NCBI GenBank assembly: GCA_965216245.1
Contig: OZ244145.1
Location: 2,449,055-2,513,054, forward strand
Origin: Chloroflexota bacterium
GTDB taxonomy: Bacteria; Chloroflexota; UBA11872; VXOZ01
Direction of reading: 5' to 3'
Length of the DNA: 64,000 bases
Below are positions 40,246 to 49,625 of the stretch, piece by piece. The notes under the pieces are model-generated. The model worked only from the letters and a program-made list of their open reading frames with translations, was not told the origin of the DNA and made no database searches. Position 1 is the first letter of the stretch, and each line of letters begins with the position of its first letter. The position numbers and the translations under genes are program-made.

Positions 40246-41163
40246 ATGAATCTGATCAATGACATTCAAGAGGCGGCAGTTGATTCCAGTGTTGACTTAT
40301 CCACATTGCTCCGGAAGTGTAAGCTCTTGGCTGCCAGGATACGCAATGATGACCTTGCAGGCTGGGTTGACCATGAACTAAACGGCTACCCTTCGGCGGA
40401 CAATCTCCCCCCATACAGGGTCATTAAGGTACAGTCATTTGGCAATTTCTACGGTCCATTTGGAAGAGCTCAATTGGGCGTACCAATACCCAGTGTTTCA
40501 CTTCCATCAGAGTACCGAGAATACGCAACTACTGAGTACCTTATGGAAGGGGCAAGCTCCCTGTCGGCTTCGCTCGAGAGTAATTCTTCTAACCCAAATA
40601 TCCAATATACATGGTCCCCTGACCTTATAGCCTACGTGGGTACGAACATTTATAAGGGCTATACATGCCTAAGTGCTTGGAAAAGCTTTTCTCGTCACAA
40701 CATCACGGGGATACTTGACATTGTGCGCAATAGAATACTGGACTTTACCATTTCAATTGAAGCCGAAATCCCGGATGCAAGTAATGCTTCGTCACTTGCT
40801 GCAATCTCTCCAGATAGGTCGCAGCAGATATTCAAGACCGTGATCATGGGAAGTGTTGGAAATTTGGCTTACGGTAGTTCTGATTTTTCTCAGGCGACAG
40901 AATTGCATGTGAGTACAGGGGACTTCTCTGGTCTAAGGGAATGTCTAGAAAAATTGCGGGTATCAACCGAAGACATTGATGAACTGGAAACTATACTACA
41001 AGAAGACGGCCCGCCTGAACAGAGTGGCGCATTTGGTTACCGAACAGCCCGATGGGTCGGAAATATGGTTTCCAAGGCACTATCCGGAACCTGGGACATT
41101 GGTACATCGGTTGCAGCCGATGCACTGAAGAAGGCTATTTTCTCTTACTATGGTTTGGGTTAA
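40246..41163 (+). CDS. AbiTii-domain protein (abortive-infection-associated N-terminal domain)
   Basis: 'IQEAAVDSSVDLSTLLRKCKLLAARIRNDDLAGWVDHELNGYPSADNLPPYR'. AT-rich. Confidence 0.65.
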   Translation: MNLINDIQEAAVDSSVDLSTLLRKCKLLAARIRNDDLAGWVDHELNGYPSADNLPPYRVIKVQSFGNFYGPFGRAQLGVPIPSVSLPSEYREYATTEYLMEGASSLSASLESNSSNPNIQYTWSPDLIAYVGTNIYKGYTCLSAWKSFSRHNITGILDIVRNRILDFTISIEAEIPDASNASSLAAISPDRSQQIFKTVIMGSVGNLAYGSSDFSQATELHVSTGDFSGLRECLEKLRVSTEDIDELETILQEDGPPEQSGAFGYRTARWVGNMVSKALSGTWDIGTSVAADALKKAIFSYYGLG

Positions 41164-41325
41164 GCAGTGGTTGAAGAATTCGATATGCTAGTCAAAACTA
41201 ACATGGAATTCTCTCAGGTAGTTCAATCAACCGAGTTGAGGCGCAAGTGGAATGTCGAAGCAAATAGCCTTCCTACTTGATGGGGAATAGAGACCAGCTT
41301 ACTCTAGCAGGCCAAAACTAAATCC

Positions 41326-43008
41326 TCAAAGAGTCTTGATCTTTGTTAGTAGTTCGTTTGCTGTTTCAGAAAGTAGCTGTGCCCGTTCGATTAGGAAATC
41401 ATGGTAGTTCTCCACGCTCCAATCTCGCTGGATGCGGTCACTACTATAGTCATCCGTTACGAATCTCTCAGGAATTAGATGGGAACGAAGTAGATCCGAC
41501 TTGATCTGAAACTGCTGGATGTATTTCCAAGGCTCCTTGCCTGATAGCTTGCTAACATTTGTGCGTTCATTCAACACAGTAATATTGGCTATAGCTTGAA
41601 TATCATCTTCATCGAGATTCTGCTGTTTGAGCACTCGACGAGGATAGATGTGGTGCCATTGGGGTTGAAAACCAGTAGAGACTATGGCGCCTGTATTGTC
41701 AAAACTAATGCGTGTTTCACTTACCCAATCTCGGGCGCTCCGGTCAAAGAGCATAAGATAGAGCATGAGACTTTGGAATCTATTGCCTGCTCGGTCGTAG
41801 CGGCTTAAGAACTCTTCTTCGTCGATCTCATTGGATACTCGCAGTCGTTCCAGCAGTCTATTGAGTGATGATTCAAAGTTTGGAGAAGACTTGATGGCGC
41901 GCACATCTTCGTCCAAGCTCGTGAGAGCGGATCCACTATAGCGACCATCTCTATTTGCGAGCAAAAACCAATACATCGCTTGGCCGAAGAGGTAATCAGG
42001 CTTGCCGTTCCAGTGGTCATGAAGTACAAACAACGGTATCAAGCTGTTTGAAGAAGGTAGTAAGTCAGACGTTAGGATGCCCAATTCTGCGAGTCTCTTT
42101 AGCACATCAGTGATGGCAATAGTCGTCTGTTTCCATACTGTTGGCAAGTTGCCCGGATCCCAAAAGCTGCTTGGCACTTCTTTTAGACGGGCACGTCCAT
42201 ATCCAATTCCTGTCATAGTCCGAATGAATACACCGGGATCAAGGTCCCACCCTCTATCTTCAAGGTCGGTAAGAAAGTGCAAGTAGTCTTCTCTTACCCA
42301 TTGAGGGTTGCGCACTGCTGCGAGGGCCAAGACAACATCTGCCTCTTTTACTCGCGTGCCGGCGCGGTTCAGCCTAGAGAAAATCTCGGCAACATCTTCA
42401 ATTTCGTGAGTGATCTTGATAATAGGGATTTCGCGTGCCCGAATCTGCCAAATTCGCTGCATTCGACCATGTATTAAAGCGAACTTTAGCATTGCTTCCT
42501 GCATATCATCCGTTAGTTGGTTCGCTAGCTGTTGGGCAAGGAGGGTCAGATCCTCAACTTTAGGGGAACTGAGAATACGGCGTATCTCGACCCATCTAGG
42601 GTCTCTTTGACGGACAGGATTAGTGAGAGCGAATTCAAGGGAATCTACTCCTTCCTCGGGCAGCAGGTTGACCATCACGTTGTAGCGTGTGAGAGCCCTA
42701 TTCCACCCTTCAGCGTCAGCCCACCAATATGGTTTCTGACCGCATAGGATACAGAGAGCAGTTATGCGCTGTTGACCGTCAACTATCCAGAGCGAAGATT
42801 GTGCACCTTCTGCAGTTCTAGATTGTACGTATTCGGAGGAGTTCCAAAGAAGAAATGACCCAACGGGATAGTCGCGATAGAGGGACTCAGCCAAGAGCCT
42901 TACTTGTACAGGATCCCACACAAAGTCTCTCTGGAATTCTGGTACGTCCAAGCTCTTGCTGACTGCCTGTCTTACAATTTCATGTACCTGTATTTGTTCA
43001 ATCGCCAT
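41326..43008 (-). CDS. GmrSD-type type IV (modification-dependent) restriction enzyme: DUF262 plus a DUF1524 His-Me finger
   Basis: N-terminus 'DVPEFQRDFVW' and 'VDGQQRITAL'. C-terminus 'WHHIYPRR...IANITVLNERTN'. AT-rich. Confidence 0.8.
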   Translation of the reverse strand: MAIEQIQVHEIVRQAVSKSLDVPEFQRDFVWDPVQVRLLAESLYRDYPVGSFLLWNSSEYVQSRTAEGAQSSLWIVDGQQRITALCILCGQKPYWWADAEGWNRALTRYNVMVNLLPEEGVDSLEFALTNPVRQRDPRWVEIRRILSSPKVEDLTLLAQQLANQLTDDMQEAMLKFALIHGRMQRIWQIRAREIPIIKITHEIEDVAEIFSRLNRAGTRVKEADVVLALAAVRNPQWVREDYLHFLTDLEDRGWDLDPGVFIRTMTGIGYGRARLKEVPSSFWDPGNLPTVWKQTTIAITDVLKRLAELGILTSDLLPSSNSLIPLFVLHDHWNGKPDYLFGQAMYWFLLANRDGRYSGSALTSLDEDVRAIKSSPNFESSLNRLLERLRVSNEIDEEEFLSRYDRAGNRFQSLMLYLMLFDRSARDWVSETRISFDNTGAIVSTGFQPQWHHIYPRRVLKQQNLDEDDIQAIANITVLNERTNVSKLSGKEPWKYIQQFQIKSDLLRSHLIPERFVTDDYSSDRIQRDWSVENYHDFLIERAQLLSETANELLTKIKTL

Positions 43009-43243
43009 GGGTCATCCTAGTACTCATTTGCATTCAACTCTTAGACAATTCTTGGAGCGGATTGCCTCTTCCCGTTATAGATAGTATCCTTATGAGGGAA
43101 TAACCACAGACTGACTCTAGCACAATTGACTTCCTACAATCATGGTGAGAGATTAAGAGGCAACGAAACAGCCCACGGTCTTGGGATTATGCGTTTACTA
43201 CCTAAGAAGAAATTAAGAGGATTCTTACAAAAAGGACACGGCT

Positions 43244-43567
43244 TTGGCGAAACAGATTCAGTCCGCGCCACAGATACCGGTACCGCGAGAGCAAATTGCT
43301 GCGGTCTGCCTGCGGTATCACATTCGCACGCTGGCGCTAATTGGCTCCGTATTGAGCGAGGACTTTTCGTCCAACAGCGATGTTGACGTGCTCGTGGAGT
43401 TCGAGCCGGGGCGGACGCCCGGATTCTTTGCGCTGGCACGGATCGCGCGGGAGCTTTCACCGCTCTTCGGCGGACGCGAGGTAGACCTGCGGACCCCGCA
43501 AGATCTGTCCCGGTATTTCCGTAATGAAGTAGTCAACACGGCATATCCGGTCTATGGAAACTCGTGA
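43244..43567 (+). CDS. minimal nucleotidyltransferase (MNT) antitoxin-like protein
   Basis: 'LIGSVLSEDFSSNSDVDVLVEF' (GS...DxD). TTG start. 14-nt overlap with the HEPN gene. Confidence 0.8.
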   Translation: MAKQIQSAPQIPVPREQIAAVCLRYHIRTLALIGSVLSEDFSSNSDVDVLVEFEPGRTPGFFALARIARELSPLFGGREVDLRTPQDLSRYFRNEVVNTAYPVYGNS

Positions 43568-43943
43568 CCGCGTGAGAATTCAGCACATGTTGGAGGCGGC
43601 CAAAGAAGCGCTAGCATTTGCCCATGAGAAGGAGCGCGACGACATTGAATCGAATCGCATATTGGCGCGCGCACTTGTGGAGTGTTTGCGTGTTGTGGGT
43701 GTGGCTGCACGGCAAGTTTCGATAGAGACCCGCCAACAACATCCAAGAGTTCCATGGCAAGATATCATTGGCATGCGCAACAGACTAGTACACGAGTACT
43801 TTGACGTCAACTATGACGTCATTTGGCAAACGGTGACAGCAGAATTGCCCAATTTGGTTGAAGTGCTGGAACAGCAAAAATTTGACAACACAACAGCCCC
43901 ATCCATGCGCCTTGATAGACCTGGGCATGGTGCCGTATCGTGA
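43554..43943 (+). CDS. HEPN (DUF86) toxin-like protein
   Basis: 'GMRNRLVHEY' (Rx4H). Confidence 0.85.
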   Translation: METRDRVRIQHMLEAAKEALAFAHEKERDDIESNRILARALVECLRVVGVAARQVSIETRQQHPRVPWQDIIGMRNRLVHEYFDVNYDVIWQTVTAELPNLVEVLEQQKFDNTTAPSMRLDRPGHGAVS

Positions 43944-44625
43944 CGCCTGGGAGTTGCAGCGGCGCTTGGCGGCGGCGCGGCAGACGGACGCGATCCCCGA
44001 CGTTGTGCTGCTGCTGGAGCATCCGCACACCTACACGATAGGTCGCAGGGGAGATGACAGTGAGGTGCTCGCCTCACCGGAGCACTTACGAAGGCTAGGT
44101 GCGACCGTGGTTGAGGTGGATCGCGGGGGCCTGGCGACCTATCACGGACCGGGGCAACTGGTGGGATATCCCATCCTCGACCTGCGGCCGCGCAACCGCG
44201 ACGTGCACCGCTACCTGCGGGACCTCGAACAGGCCCTTATCGACACGTTACAGGAGTGCGCCATACCGGCGCAGCGCATCGAGAAGAAGACGGGCGTATG
44301 GGTGGGTGACCGCAAGATTGCCTCCATCGGCGTACGTTTCAGCCGTTGGATCAGCAGCCACGGCTTCGCTCTCAACGTCACCACCGATCTCAGCTACTTT
44401 TCCCATATTGTGCCCTGCGGCATGCCGACGGTTACGATGACGTCTGTTGCACAGGAGACGTCCGTTGCACAGGAGGCCGACACAGTAAATATGGCTTGGC
44501 TCCGCGAGCGCATAGCGCACCACCTGGCGCAGGTCTTCGCGCTTCGCTACCTGGACGACTTTCCACCCACGCTGTGCGACATGCTTGCGGCAATTCAAGA
44601 AGATAGAGTGGAAGCGCTGCGGTAA
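43858..44625 (+). CDS. lipB: octanoyltransferase
   Basis: 'LGMVPYRDAWELQ', 'LLLEHPHTYTIGRRG', 'DRGG..TYHGPGQLVGYPI' and 'KIASIGV'. The true start is probably the TTG at 43882 (MTTQQPHPCALIDLG). Either start lies inside the HEPN 3' end. Confidence 0.85.
   Translation: MKCWNSKNLTTQQPHPCALIDLGMVPYRDAWELQRRLAAARQTDAIPDVVLLLEHPHTYTIGRRGDDSEVLASPEHLRRLGATVVEVDRGGLATYHGPGQLVGYPILDLRPRNRDVHRYLRDLEQALIDTLQECAIPAQRIEKKTGVWVGDRKIASIGVRFSRWISSHGFALNVTTDLSYFSHIVPCGMPTVTMTSVAQETSVAQEADTVNMAWLRERIAHHLAQVFALRYLDDFPPTLCDMLAAIQEDRVEALR
44443..44478 (+). repeat. in-frame 18-bp tandem duplication in lipB (SVAQET / SVAQEA)
   Basis: tctgttgcacaggagacg / tccgttgcacaggaggcc, 15 of 18 identical. Confidence 0.85.
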
Positions 44626-45006
44626 TTGCCACGGCCGCAGGTCTTCCGCCGCTACCTTGCCGCAGTCTTGCGCGGGGTGTGATTTCCTCAAGAGCCGTTC
44701 ATGGTTCGACCCCGCGGCAGGCTCAGGACAGGCAGACTCACCACGTACGGAATCTGTGCCTACTAACCACGAAGTGGGGGCCCATACGCCACGCACGGAA
44801 TCCCCGTACACCCCGAACGGGAGCCCCGCTCTTTTCGAATGGCCAATCCGGCTAGGCATGATCGTCTGGAGCGCAGTTCACTGCCCAATCGCAACTTGCT
44901 CGCAGCCAGCATGCGGGGTACACTTGCGCTCAATGCAGCGTTTTCAACGAAGTCAGCCTTCACAGATCGAGCGCAGCCCATTGCAACCACGGCACGGTCT
45001 TCTTCG

Positions 45007-46230
45007 ATGAAGCCGTCATCCGCCCATGTCTTCACCCTCTCGTGGGCTGCAATGTCTGCCTTCTTCGTTATCCTCTTCTTCAATGTTGGCGCTGCCAATC
45101 CGCCGCGCGCGCAACTGCCGGTCTACGTAGAGAGCGCGCTGGCAGCGGCGCCAATTGTCACCTCAATTGTCCAATCCACGTTTCACATCGTCTTTGCGGC
45201 GATGCTGCTGGTTGGCGGCTTTCTCGCCGACCGTTTCCGTCCCAAGCGGACATTTGTCATTGGCTTGCTGACACCTGCCGTTGCCGGCTTCTTGCTGATT
45301 GCGCAGGAGGTCTGGCAGCTCGCGCTCGTAGCGGCGCTCACGGGCGCCTTCTTTGCGTTGCACGCTGCCGGCAGTCGGGCCTATCTCGTGTTGGCGGTGC
45401 CGCTCAAACGCATGGGACTGCTCGGCAACCTCTACGAGCTTGGGTTTACGTTGGGCGCAGCTCTCGGCAATGCCGCCGTGGGCATTATCGCCGCGCGGTC
45501 CGGCTTTCCACTCGCTGGCATTATCATCGTAGCGTTGGGATTTCTCACCGCTCTTGCCGCGCAGCTTTGGCTGCCATCGGTCAAGCCGAAGGTAGTGAGT
45601 GCCACGCCCATAACGCTAGGGAGCTACTGGCAGATGGTGCAGCGCCGCTCGGTGCAACTCTTGCTCCTCTTGCGCGCTCTGCCGACTATCTACTGGGCCA
45701 CCGGGCAACTGGTGATCGGCATTCAACTCTTGCGATTGACAGAGTCTCCCGTAGCGCCGGCGCTTTTCTACGCGGCAAGCCTCTTGGCGATTGGCACCAC
45801 CATGATGCCTGTGGGCTGGGCTGCCGATCGATGGGGCAGCGCGCACCCGGTAGTCGCGTCTACTGTGCTGGTGATTGTCGGGTCGGTGTTGGCGGCAATA
45901 TTCATAGGCAATGTATGGGGGCTGGCCTGTGGGGCCTTTGTGGGGCACCTCGGCGCGTGGTGGCTCTCCGGTCTCTTTCCGCTGCTCGTTGCTGAAAGCG
46001 GAGCGCACGACGAACAAGGCCGATTGACTGCCGTCACGGAGATGGCGTGGAGCCTTGGCGCGGTGGTGGGCGCTTTGGGAGCCGGCGTGCTCTTGACCCT
46101 CCACCTGAGCGCGCCGTTCTTGATGGCGGCATGGCTGAACATACCAACGCTTTTCGTCGCCATGCTCGTCGCGAGCGGCGGGCACCGGGCTATCTCCAAA
46201 GAGCCGGTCGCAGCGAGAGAAGCAGGATAG
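45007..46230 (+). CDS. MFS transporter, paralogue 1
   Basis: Multi-TM hydrophobic protein collinear with the next gene. ATG at 45007 preferred; the track start at 44839 runs through repeat-derived sequence. Confidence 0.7.
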   Translation: MKPSSAHVFTLSWAAMSAFFVILFFNVGAANPPRAQLPVYVESALAAAPIVTSIVQSTFHIVFAAMLLVGGFLADRFRPKRTFVIGLLTPAVAGFLLIAQEVWQLALVAALTGAFFALHAAGSRAYLVLAVPLKRMGLLGNLYELGFTLGAALGNAAVGIIAARSGFPLAGIIIVALGFLTALAAQLWLPSVKPKVVSATPITLGSYWQMVQRRSVQLLLLLRALPTIYWATGQLVIGIQLLRLTESPVAPALFYAASLLAIGTTMMPVGWAADRWGSAHPVVASTVLVIVGSVLAAIFIGNVWGLACGAFVGHLGAWWLSGLFPLLVAESGAHDEQGRLTAVTEMAWSLGAVVGALGAGVLLTLHLSAPFLMAAWLNIPTLFVAMLVASGGHRAISKEPVAAREAG

Positions 46231-46264
46231 CGCACGAAGGTTAAAAGGGAGGAAAATGTAGTAA

Positions 46265-47509
46265 ATGGTCTCAAAGTTGCACGCGCGTATGGGCAAATTA
46301 GGCACGTGGCGGCCGGTCCTGATAATGTTCGGCCTGCTCTTCCTAAACCTGACATTCATGAGTCCGGCGCAGGGCCTTCTTCCGGTCTTTGTCGAGAAGG
46401 TGCTCGAGCGGTCTCCCTTCTTTACCGCGATTGTCGTCTCGCTGAACACGGCGGTCTATGGCGTCATGCTGTTGGTCGGCGGAGTGCTGGCCGACCGTCT
46501 GGGCGCGAAATGGACGTTAGTTCTGGGGTTCTGCGGGGCGATCGCGGTGGGTCTTATGCTGCGATTGGAGTCGGCATGGATGTTGCTTATCATCGCGCCG
46601 GTGTACGGTCTGCTTTTCTCGTTTATGACCACGGGGAGCCGCTCGTACCTAGCGCGTGCCCTGCCGTTGACGCAGATGGGCATCGGCGGCGCTCTGTATT
46701 TCTTGAGCCTCATCGTCTCTATGGCGGTTGGCAGCGCAATAGGCGGCAGAATCGCGGATACGGTGGGATTTGGCACATTGGGCCTGATTTCCATTATCGC
46801 CGGTGTTGTGCTCGTGCCGCTGACTGCCTGGTTGCTGCCTTCCGTCCACGCCGAACCCGATAAGACGGAGTCCGGTGACGAATCTCCGCAGAACAAAGCG
46901 AGGTTCACGGACTACCTAGTCATGTTGCGCGACTCTCGTATTCTCGCCCTCTGCGGCCTGCGCTTCTGTGCAACGTACTTCTACGGCACAATGAACCTGC
47001 TCCTGGTGTTGCAACTCTTTCGGCTCACAGAATCGGTAACGTTTGTGGGGCTCTACGGCAGCGTGATCCTGTTTATCATCGGGCCGACACAGCTTGTAAT
47101 CGGCTGGATTGCGGATAAGCGCGGCCGCGAAGGGCCGGTGCGCATGGCAGCCGTGCTCGTGATGGGTGGCGCCGTGCTCATTACGCTCCTCATTGATAAC
47201 GTTTGGGGACTGGCCGCCGGCGGTCTTTTGGCTAATATGGGCGCCTGGTGGTTTTCAGGGCTCTATCCGAAGCTGGTGGCGGAGGCCGGCCCGCCGGAGG
47301 AGCAAGGACGCCTCATCGCCATTACGGAGTTCTTCTGGGCTGTGGGCATTTTGGCGGGTACGCTTATCTCCGGCGCACTGGTATTGGTCTTTCTGCAACT
47401 GCCGTTCATTGTCTGCATAGGGGTCACGATTCCCATGTTCCTGTTGGCCTTGCTGGTTGCGCGGGGTTACCATCGTGCCCCCGATCAAAACCCTGGCGCT
47501 ACAGGCTGA
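46265..47509 (+). CDS. MFS transporter, paralogue 2
   Basis: Shares blocks with paralogue 1 ('LLVGG.LADR', 'QL.RLTES', 'GAWW.SGL.P.LVAE.G..(D/E)EQGRL.A.TE'). The start may be the ATG at 46289. Confidence 0.7.
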   Translation: MVSKLHARMGKLGTWRPVLIMFGLLFLNLTFMSPAQGLLPVFVEKVLERSPFFTAIVVSLNTAVYGVMLLVGGVLADRLGAKWTLVLGFCGAIAVGLMLRLESAWMLLIIAPVYGLLFSFMTTGSRSYLARALPLTQMGIGGALYFLSLIVSMAVGSAIGGRIADTVGFGTLGLISIIAGVVLVPLTAWLLPSVHAEPDKTESGDESPQNKARFTDYLVMLRDSRILALCGLRFCATYFYGTMNLLLVLQLFRLTESVTFVGLYGSVILFIIGPTQLVIGWIADKRGREGPVRMAAVLVMGGAVLITLLIDNVWGLAAGGLLANMGAWWFSGLYPKLVAEAGPPEEQGRLIAITEFFWAVGILAGTLISGALVLVFLQLPFIVCIGVTIPMFLLALLVARGYHRAPDQNPGATG

Positions 47510-47587
47510 TGGCAGTTGGCTGGAATGAGTGCAACTGCTCTTAGGGGTGTATAATTCGGTAGCGTACCGTCGCGAAACTGCATAGGG

Positions 47588-48388
47588 ATGGGCAATGCCA
47601 TGATCATCGACGTTCACGTTCATACACGCCTGGGGCCGGACCCCGAGGGATTCCAGTACCTGCTGGACCAAGCAGAGACTCTCGACGTGACGCTCTGCGT
47701 GAATAGTCTGAGCCCGAAAGACGGCACCGGCATGCCTTATGATCCGACCGAGGACGAAGTCAAGCGTTGCAATGACTGGACCGCAGAACTGGCCGCCGCG
47801 CATCCGGCGCGCATAATTCCGATGTGGTACCTCAATCCGGCGCACGGCGAATTCGCCTGTCGGGAGCTTGAACAGCGCGTGGCAGCGTATACAGGTCTTC
47901 AGGGAGTGAAACTCTGGGTAGCAGTGCGCTGCAACGACTCGCGTCTCGATCCCATCATGCGCCTTTGCGCCACCCACAAATTGCCGGTGCTGCAGCACAC
48001 GTGGTTCAAGGTCACCGGCAATCTGCCCGGAGAGTCCACGCCAATGGATCTGCGTGTCTTGGCATTGCGGCATCCGAATGTTTGCTTCTTCTGGGGCCAT
48101 TGCGGCGGCGACTACGAATACGGCGCCAAGTGCGGGCGCGGCCTCCCGAACGTTTTTATGGACTTGGGCGGCGGCGAAGCCATGAGCGGCTACGTTGATA
48201 TACTTGTGGAGCACGAGACCGCCGATCATATCGTCTTTGGCAGCGATGCGCCGGGGCGCTCTCTCGCGTCCCAGCTTGCCAAAGTATACGGCGCGGATCT
48301 CAATGACGAAGAGCGTGAGAAGATCCTCTACCGCAATGCGCAGGCTATCTTCGCTCGCCAGGAAGTAACCAACGGAGCGACGTCATGA
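47588..48388 (+). CDS. amidohydrolase-2-type TIM-barrel metal hydrolase
   Basis: 'IIDVHVH' and 'FGSDAP'. Confidence 0.75.
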   Translation: MGNAMIIDVHVHTRLGPDPEGFQYLLDQAETLDVTLCVNSLSPKDGTGMPYDPTEDEVKRCNDWTAELAAAHPARIIPMWYLNPAHGEFACRELEQRVAAYTGLQGVKLWVAVRCNDSRLDPIMRLCATHKLPVLQHTWFKVTGNLPGESTPMDLRVLALRHPNVCFFWGHCGGDYEYGAKCGRGLPNVFMDLGGGEAMSGYVDILVEHETADHIVFGSDAPGRSLASQLAKVYGADLNDEEREKILYRNAQAIFARQEVTNGATS

Positions 48389-49152
48389 TTGATGCCAACG
48401 CGTATGTGGGCAATTGGCCGTTTCGCCAGTTGCGTTACACCACACCGGCAGCTCTGCTCGGCAAAATGGACGCGCTCGGCATCGAACGGGCCGTGGTGTC
48501 GTCGCTGGAGAACGTCTTCTACAAAGACCTGCTTGCAGGTAACCGAAATCTCAATGCCCTGGTGAAAGCGCACGCGGACCGCTTCCTCCCCGCGTTCACC
48601 ATCAATCCGACCTTCCCCGGGTGGAAAGAAGACCTGGAGATTTGCGTGCATGAATTCGGCATGCGCGTCATGCGGCTGCATCCGAACTACCACCAATACG
48701 CGCTTGACGCAGCAGAAGGCACGGCGGTGCTGGAAGCAGCCCGCGCGCACGGGTTCGTAGTGATTGTCACTATCGGTATGGAAGACACGCGCCACCACCA
48801 CCCGCTGATTAAGGTGCCCGACGTGCCGAGCGGGCAGGTGGCAGCGGCCGTCTCCGCTTTTTCTGACGTGCCGTTTCTCGTTGCCGCCGGTTCGTTCTCA
48901 GCGCAAAACGCGGTATGGGCGCAGTCCACGCACACAGGAAACCTCAATATCGAAAATTCACGAGTGCAAGGGCCGGTGGGAGATATTGAGAAGCTCTGCG
49001 AAACGATGGGCGCCGACCACGTGCTCTTCGGCACCAATTTGCCGCTGCACGTGCCCGAAGCTGCGACGATGGCAATTGAGCATGCCAAGATCAGCGCTGA
49101 CGAACGCCGGATGATCGTGCAGGGCAATGCCGCGCGCCTGTTCGGCCTTTGA
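48385..49152 (+). CDS. amidohydrolase-2-like protein lacking the N-terminal HxH
   Basis: 'MIDANAYVGNWPF' and 'LFGTNLPL'. ATGA overlap with the upstream gene. Confidence 0.65.
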   Translation: MIDANAYVGNWPFRQLRYTTPAALLGKMDALGIERAVVSSLENVFYKDLLAGNRNLNALVKAHADRFLPAFTINPTFPGWKEDLEICVHEFGMRVMRLHPNYHQYALDAAEGTAVLEAARAHGFVVIVTIGMEDTRHHHPLIKVPDVPSGQVAAAVSAFSDVPFLVAAGSFSAQNAVWAQSTHTGNLNIENSRVQGPVGDIEKLCETMGADHVLFGTNLPLHVPEAATMAIEHAKISADERRMIVQGNAARLFGL

Positions 49153-49217
49153 TGTAGGCGACCCTAACGACACGAGCAGGGCCTTCGCTTCTCCTACTTC
49201 GAAGGTGCTGCCGCGCA

Positions 49218-49573
49218 CTGGTATGTGTTCGCCCCGACCGCCAATCCCGTTCGAACTGAGTCTGTCGAAGGCCAACGGGATGGGCGCGATCTATGTCAAC
49301 GGCGACGAATTCTGTTTTCACACACGGCTCATGCTGCGACTCTGGATGTGCCAGGCAGATAAGAACGCAGGTTACAAACCTGCGCTGGTATGTGTTCGCC
49401 CCCGACTGCCGGTCCCGTTCGGACTGAGCTTGTCGCAGGCCAACGGGATTGGCGCGATCTATTTGCATTCACACACGGCTCATGCCGATGGCGACGAATT
49501 CTTTTTTCACACACGGCTCATGCTGCGACTCTGGATGTGCCAGGCGAGAGAGGACGCAGGTTACAAACCTGCG
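49218..49573. repeat. two tandem copies (167 and 189 nt) of a composite REP-like unit
   Basis: Unit A is 49218-49384 and unit B is 49385-49573. Both run ctggtatgtgttcgcccc...cccgttcg-N-aacggg...ttcacacacggctcatgctgcgactctggatgtgccagg...acgcaggttacaaacctgcg. Unit B has an extra internal copy of ttcacacacggctcatgc. Confidence 0.9.
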
Positions 49574-49625
49574 CTACCGGAAGGAAGGGAGAGAGCAGTT
49601 CTACCGAAGGGAAGGGAGAGAGCAG
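49574..49625. repeat. short tandem repeat ctaccg(g)aagg(a)agggagagagcag x2
   Basis: Units at 49574-49598 and 49601-49625, read directly. Confidence 0.85.

Noticed and set aside
43152-43221. Direct 9-mer ATTAAGAGG x2 upstream of the MNT gene as a regulatory repeat
   Set aside because: There are only two short copies about 60 nt apart in AT-rich sequence, which is within chance expectation.
44703-44713. tRNA-like T-loop (GGTTCGACCCC) in the lipB/MFS spacer
   Set aside because: The flanking bases do not pair into a T-stem (CATGG versus CCGCG), and no acceptor or anticodon arms could be drawn.
47255-48229. 324-aa minus-strand ORF spanning the MFS 3' end and the amidohydrolase gene
   Set aside because: It crosses a gene boundary and lies antisense to two motif-bearing genes.
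49218-49625. Possible CRISPR array
   Set aside because: There are only two long (167/189-nt) units that are homologous along their whole length. There is no short-repeat/unique-spacer alternation and no cas genes in the window.
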